DNA from: Carcharhinus amblyrhynchos
Lineage: Eukaryota
NCBI GenBank assembly: GCA_965287045.1
Contig: OZ336877.1
Location: 6,448,001 to 6,512,000 of the forward strand
Reading direction: 5' to 3'
DNA length: 64,000 nucleotides
The notes under the pieces were generated by a model. That model saw only the letters and a list, made by a program, of their open reading frames with translations. It had not been told where the DNA came from and ran no database searches. The position numbers were made by a program, and so were the translations under genes. This document shows, piece after piece, positions 60,092 through 64,000 of the stretch. How positions within the stretch are numbered: the first letter of the stretch is position 1; each line of letters opens with the position of its first letter.

Positions 60092-62797
60092 AAACAAAAC
60101 AAAGAACAACCCAGCGCGGGAAACAGGCCCTTCTGCCCAACGAGCCCACGGTGCCATTTTAACAAAGCCTTTTCCTACACCTACCCTGCCCCCTGTGTAT
60201 GTGAATGGTATTCCTATTGTAACCAGATTCAGGGGAGAATAGTGTAGGGTCAATTTGGTACACCAATCAGCCTAAGAGCACATCTTTGGGGTGTGGGAGG
60301 AAACCGGAGCACCCAGGGGAAACCCACGCAACCACAGGGAGAATGCGCAAACTCCCACAGACACTGGCCCAAATCCATGTATCTGCACAGCTAGCAGTGA
60401 TAGTCACTGAGCTGTTGTGGTGCCCATCTGCTGGTCCAGGTTTAAGCACACACATCGACACGAAGTACTAGGCCACTCTCGAAACATCCAAGAGCAGCCC
60501 ACGCACGACCCACCGTGTGCATGTCCCTCGTTAGACAACAAGGTGGACCGACACACCTGTGGATTAAAAGAGACAAAACATTAACATGTAGTATTACATT
60601 TCCAGTATCATCCCGAGGCTCTGATCCTTTTTAAAACCGTCTTCTATAACCCTCCATCCCTGTTTCACTCACGTGCCTATCTAAGTAAACCTTAAACAAG
60701 TCCAGCATGCCTGCCTCCACCACCTTACTTGGTAGCGCATTCCATACCCCCATGACCCTCTGTGTGAAAAACCTTCCTCTAGTATCGAAATTATACTTCT
60801 CCCCCCTCACCCTTAGCTCGTGACCTCTCGTGATAGTTGTCTCCAATCTAAGGAAAAGCCTGCCACTGTTGACTCTATCTATACCCTTCATTATTTTATA
60901 CACCTCTATCAGATCCCTCCTTAATCTCCGTCTTTCTAAGGAGAAGAGCCCCAGTTTACCTAATCTTTCCTCATAACCCAGTCCTTCCATACCAGGCAGC
61001 ATCCTGGTAAACCTCCTCTGCACTCTCTCCAGGGTCTCCACGTTCTTCCGGTAGTAAGGTGACCAGAACTGGATGCAGTACTCCAAATGCGGTCTAACCA
61101 ATGTTCTGTACAACTGAAGCATTAGACGACAGCTCTTATACTCTATACCCCTTCCTATAAAGGCTAGCATTCCATAAGCTTTCTTTGCAACCTTCTCCAC
61201 CTGTGTTGACACCTTCAGAGACTTGTGCACTTGCACTCCCAGGTGCCTCTGCATTTCTATACTCTTAATTGGTCTACCTTTGATCCTGTAACTCCTCCCT
61301 GCATTATTCCTTCCAAAATGCATCATCTCACATTTGTCAGGATTAAATTCCATCTGCCATCTAGCTGCCCAGTATACCAACCCATCTATATCCTGCTGTG
61401 TCACGTGACAATCTTCCTCACTATCCGCTAATCCTGCCATCTTGGTGTCATCTGCAAACTTGCTGATCACACCACGTACGCCCTCTTCCAAGTCGTTTAT
61501 ATATATTATGAAGAGAAGAGGTCCCAGTACTGAGAACTGCGGCACACCACTGGTGACAGATCTCCAGCCAGAAAAGGACCCTTCCACTATTACTCTCTGT
61601 CTCCTGTTGCCCAGCCAGTTTTCAATCCATCTAGCTACCTGTCCCTGTATCCCATGTGCCTTAACTTTTTCTACCAGCCTACTGCGAGGGACTTTGTCAA
61701 ACGCCTTACTAAAGTCCATATAGATGACATCAGCGGCTCGCCCATCGTCAACCGTTTTTGTCACCTCCTCAAAAAATTCTACCAGATTCGTAAGGCAAGA
61801 CCTCCCCTGAACAAAGCCATGTTGCGTATCCCTAATCAGATCACAACGTTCCAAATGCTCATACATCCTATCCCTAAGAATTTTTTCCAACAATTTTCCT
61901 ACCACCGATGTCAAACTCACTGGTCTATAATTACCAGGGTTATCCCTACTGCCCTTTTTAAACAGCGGTACCACATTTGCTACCCTCCAGTCCTCTGGAA
62001 CCTCACCTGTGTTCAAAGAAGAGACAAAGATTTGCGTCAGAGGCCCAGCAATTTCATCTTTCACCTCCCTAAGTAGCCTGGGATAAATACCATCAGGCCC
62101 CGGAGCTTTATCAGTTTTTATGATACCTAAAAACCCTAACACTTCCTCCCTCGTAATGGATATTTCCTTCAACTGATCTATAGCTCCCTCCAAGACATTA
62201 CAAGACACCAAGCCCCTCTCCTTTGTGAATACCAACGCAAAGTATTCATTCAGGATCTCCTCCATTCCCTCAGACTCGATGCATAGCTCCCCTCCTTTGT
62301 CCCTAAGAGGACCAATTTTCCCTCTAACCACTCTCTTGTTCCTAATATAAGAGTAAAATGCCTTTGGATTTTCCTTAATCTTATCAGCCAAAGCCATTTC
62401 ATGCCCCCTTTTCACCCTTCTAACTCCCCTTTTAAGCTCCGTCCTGCTCTCTCTATATTCCTCCAGCGCACTCTCCGTTCCCAATTGTTTAGACCTAACA
62501 TATGCCGCTCTCTTCTTCCTGACCAAGTCCTCAATATCCCCTGTAATCCACGGCTCTCTAATCCTGCCTTTCCCATCCTTCCTCTTTACCGGCACAGGCC
62601 TTTCCTGCAACATTATCAGTTTGCCCTTGAAAGCCTCCCACTTGCCAACCGTGGACTTGCCCGCTAACAACCCCTCCCAATCAGTGTCCTTCAGCTCCTT
62701 CCTAATCTGGCTATAGCTCGCCTTCCCCCAGTTCAGCACCCTCCCCTTCGGATGGCACTCATCCTTTGTATACCTTATCCTAAAATTCAGGGAGGTC
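60092..62797 (-). mobile_element. 5'-truncated CR1 LINE with intact 722-codon ORF2 remnant and ~540 nt V-domain 3' UTR (copy C)
   Basis: ORF 60631-62799 carries the full RT (KAPGPDG, NYRPVSLTS, QHGF, DFSKAFD, GVPQ.SVLGP, FADD); UTR 60092-60630. Confidence 0.96.
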
Positions 62798-62799
62798 AA
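60631..62799 (-). CDS. CR1 ORF2 (post-endonuclease linker, reverse transcriptase, C-terminus), 5'-truncated
   Basis: Uninterrupted 722 aa frame with all RT motifs; lacks most of the APE domain. Confidence 0.85.
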   Translation of the reverse strand: MTSLNFRIRYTKDECHPKGRVLNWGKASYSQIRKELKDTDWEGLLAGKSTVGKWEAFKGKLIMLQERPVPVKRKDGKGRIREPWITGDIEDLVRKKRAAYVRSKQLGTESALEEYRESRTELKRGVRRVKRGHEMALADKIKENPKAFYSYIRNKRVVRGKIGPLRDKGGELCIESEGMEEILNEYFALVFTKERGLVSCNVLEGAIDQLKEISITREEVLGFLGIIKTDKAPGPDGIYPRLLREVKDEIAGPLTQIFVSSLNTGEVPEDWRVANVVPLFKKGSRDNPGNYRPVSLTSVVGKLLEKILRDRMYEHLERCDLIRDTQHGFVQGRSCLTNLVEFFEEVTKTVDDGRAADVIYMDFSKAFDKVPRSRLVEKVKAHGIQGQVARWIENWLGNRRQRVIVEGSFSGWRSVTSGVPQFSVLGPLLFIIYINDLEEGVRGVISKFADDTKMAGLADSEEDCHVTQQDIDGLVYWAARWQMEFNPDKCEMMHFGRNNAGRSYRIKGRPIKSIEMQRHLGVQVHKSLKVSTQVEKVAKKAYGMLAFIGRGIEYKSCRLMLQLYRTLVRPHLEYCIQFWSPYYRKNVETLERVQRRFTRMLPGMEGLGYEERLGKLGLFSLERRRLRRDLIEVYKIMKGIDRVNSGRLFLRLETTITRGHELRVRGEKYNFDTRGRFFTQRVMGVWNALPSKVVEAGMLDLFKVYLDRHVSETGMEGYRRRF

Positions 62800-63169
62800 A
62801 GATCAGGTTGGCAAAGTTGCAAAATGCAACCTCGTTCTAAGCATTGTTGGATAGCTATTGGATCAAGAGCTGAGAAAAGGCTCCTCTGACGTAAGGACTG
62901 ATTGCAAGAGGAATATTTGTTTTCTTAGTCCTCCCGTTTTGTGTTTGATCCAATTGGGGTAAGTCTCTATCAACAGAGAATCTGTTGCAGAACAAGTGAG
63001 TGGGTGTTTCTGTTTGCAAGACAAATATTCACAATGGCACAGCTGGTGAGAGGGCAGGTTAAAAAGATCATCTGAAAAATGTTAATTGCCTCTGTCTGCA
63101 ATGTTCCTGATTAGTGAGATGTCAGGCAACGAGGTCGCCTTGAGAAACAACTAGCAAAATCATGCACGC

Positions 63170-63388
63170 AAAAGCAAAAATACTGTGGATGCTGGAAATC
63201 TGAAATAAAAGCGGAAAATCCTCCAAATATTCAGCAGGACAGGCAGTATCTGTGGAGAGAGAAACAGAGGTAACATTTCAGGTCAATGAACAGATCAAAG
63301 GTCATCAACCTGAACAGTTAACTTTGCTTCTCGCTGTACAGATGCTGTCAGACCTGCTGATCATTTCCACAATTTTCTGTTTTTAATT
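63170..63388. mobile_element. Penelope-derived inverted pLTR pair (second family)
   Basis: CAGCAGGACAGGCAGTATCTGTGGAGAGAGAAACAGAG versus CTTTGCTTCTCGCTGTACAGATGCTGTCAGACCTGCTG; related fragments at ~13480-13575 and ~45390-45560. Confidence 0.65.
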
Positions 63389-63419
63389 AATGGGTTATTG
63401 TGTAGATCAGCAGCAATGT

Positions 63420-63983
63420 CATAAGAACATAAGAAACAGGAGCAGGAGTAGGTCATCTAGCCCTTCGAGCCTGCCCCGCCATTGAATAAGATCATGGCTG
63501 ATCTGAAGTGGATCAGTTCCACTTTCCCGCTTTCTCCCCATAACCCTTCATTCCCTTGTCTATCAGAAACCTATCTACCTGTGACTTAAATATATTCAGC
63601 AAGGTAGCCTCCACCACTTCAACGGGCAGAGAATTCCAGAGATTCACCACCCTTTGAGTAAAGAAGTTCCTCCTCAACTCTGATCTAAACTGTCCCCCCC
63701 TTATCTTGATGCTGCGCCCTCTAGTCCTGCTATCCATCCTAAGCAGGAAGAATCTCTACCTCTACCCTATCCATCCCCTTCATTATCTTATACGTCTCCA
63801 TAAGATCCTCCCATCAGCCTTCTAAACTCCAACGAATACAGGCCCAGTCTATTCAATCTCTTTTCATAGGCTAAACCCCTCATCTCCGGTACCAGCCTAG
63901 TGAACCTCCTCTGCACTCCCTCCAAGGCCAATAATATCCTTCCGCAAGTGCGGCGACCAAAACTGCACACAGTACTCCAGCTG
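63420..63983 (-). mobile_element. Young CR1 3' fragment (same subfamily as 24765)
   Basis: ORFs 63513-63737 and 63788-63970; (CATAAGAA)n tail. Confidence 0.92.
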
Positions 63984-64000
63984 TCTTTGTTTAATCAGAA

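Overview
Eukaryotic, repeat-rich vertebrate DNA, almost certainly from a cartilaginous fish (shark), judged from abundant HE1-type V-SINEs, HER1/CR1 LINEs, Penelope-like elements, Rex1/Babar, RTE, L2 and DeuSINE remnants. Two host genes are supported, both on the + strand. The first is the main (last) coding exon of an SMKR1-like small lysine-rich protein (3758-3999). The second is a complete five-exon CCN-family gene, most similar to CCN3/NOV (ATG 16773 to stop 33688, 344 aa, 38 Cys, IGFBP-VWC-TSP1-CT). A ~2.1 kb 21-bp minisatellite with higher-order structure directly abuts the CCN core promoter (four CCAAT boxes, a CRE-like site, a perfect RFX X-box palindrome and a TATA box). A ~1 kb disabled reading frame of unknown identity lies on the - strand at ~5040-6090. 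The most striking observation is a CR1 LINE lineage, seen in three copies from two diverged subfamilies. Its unusually long 3' UTR carries a covarying multi-helix RNA structure followed by the conserved V-SINE central domain. Penelope-associated minimal hammerhead ribozymes and a V-SINE variant with a Rex1/Babar-like tail are also present. Repeat boundaries are approximate; exon boundaries were read at base level.
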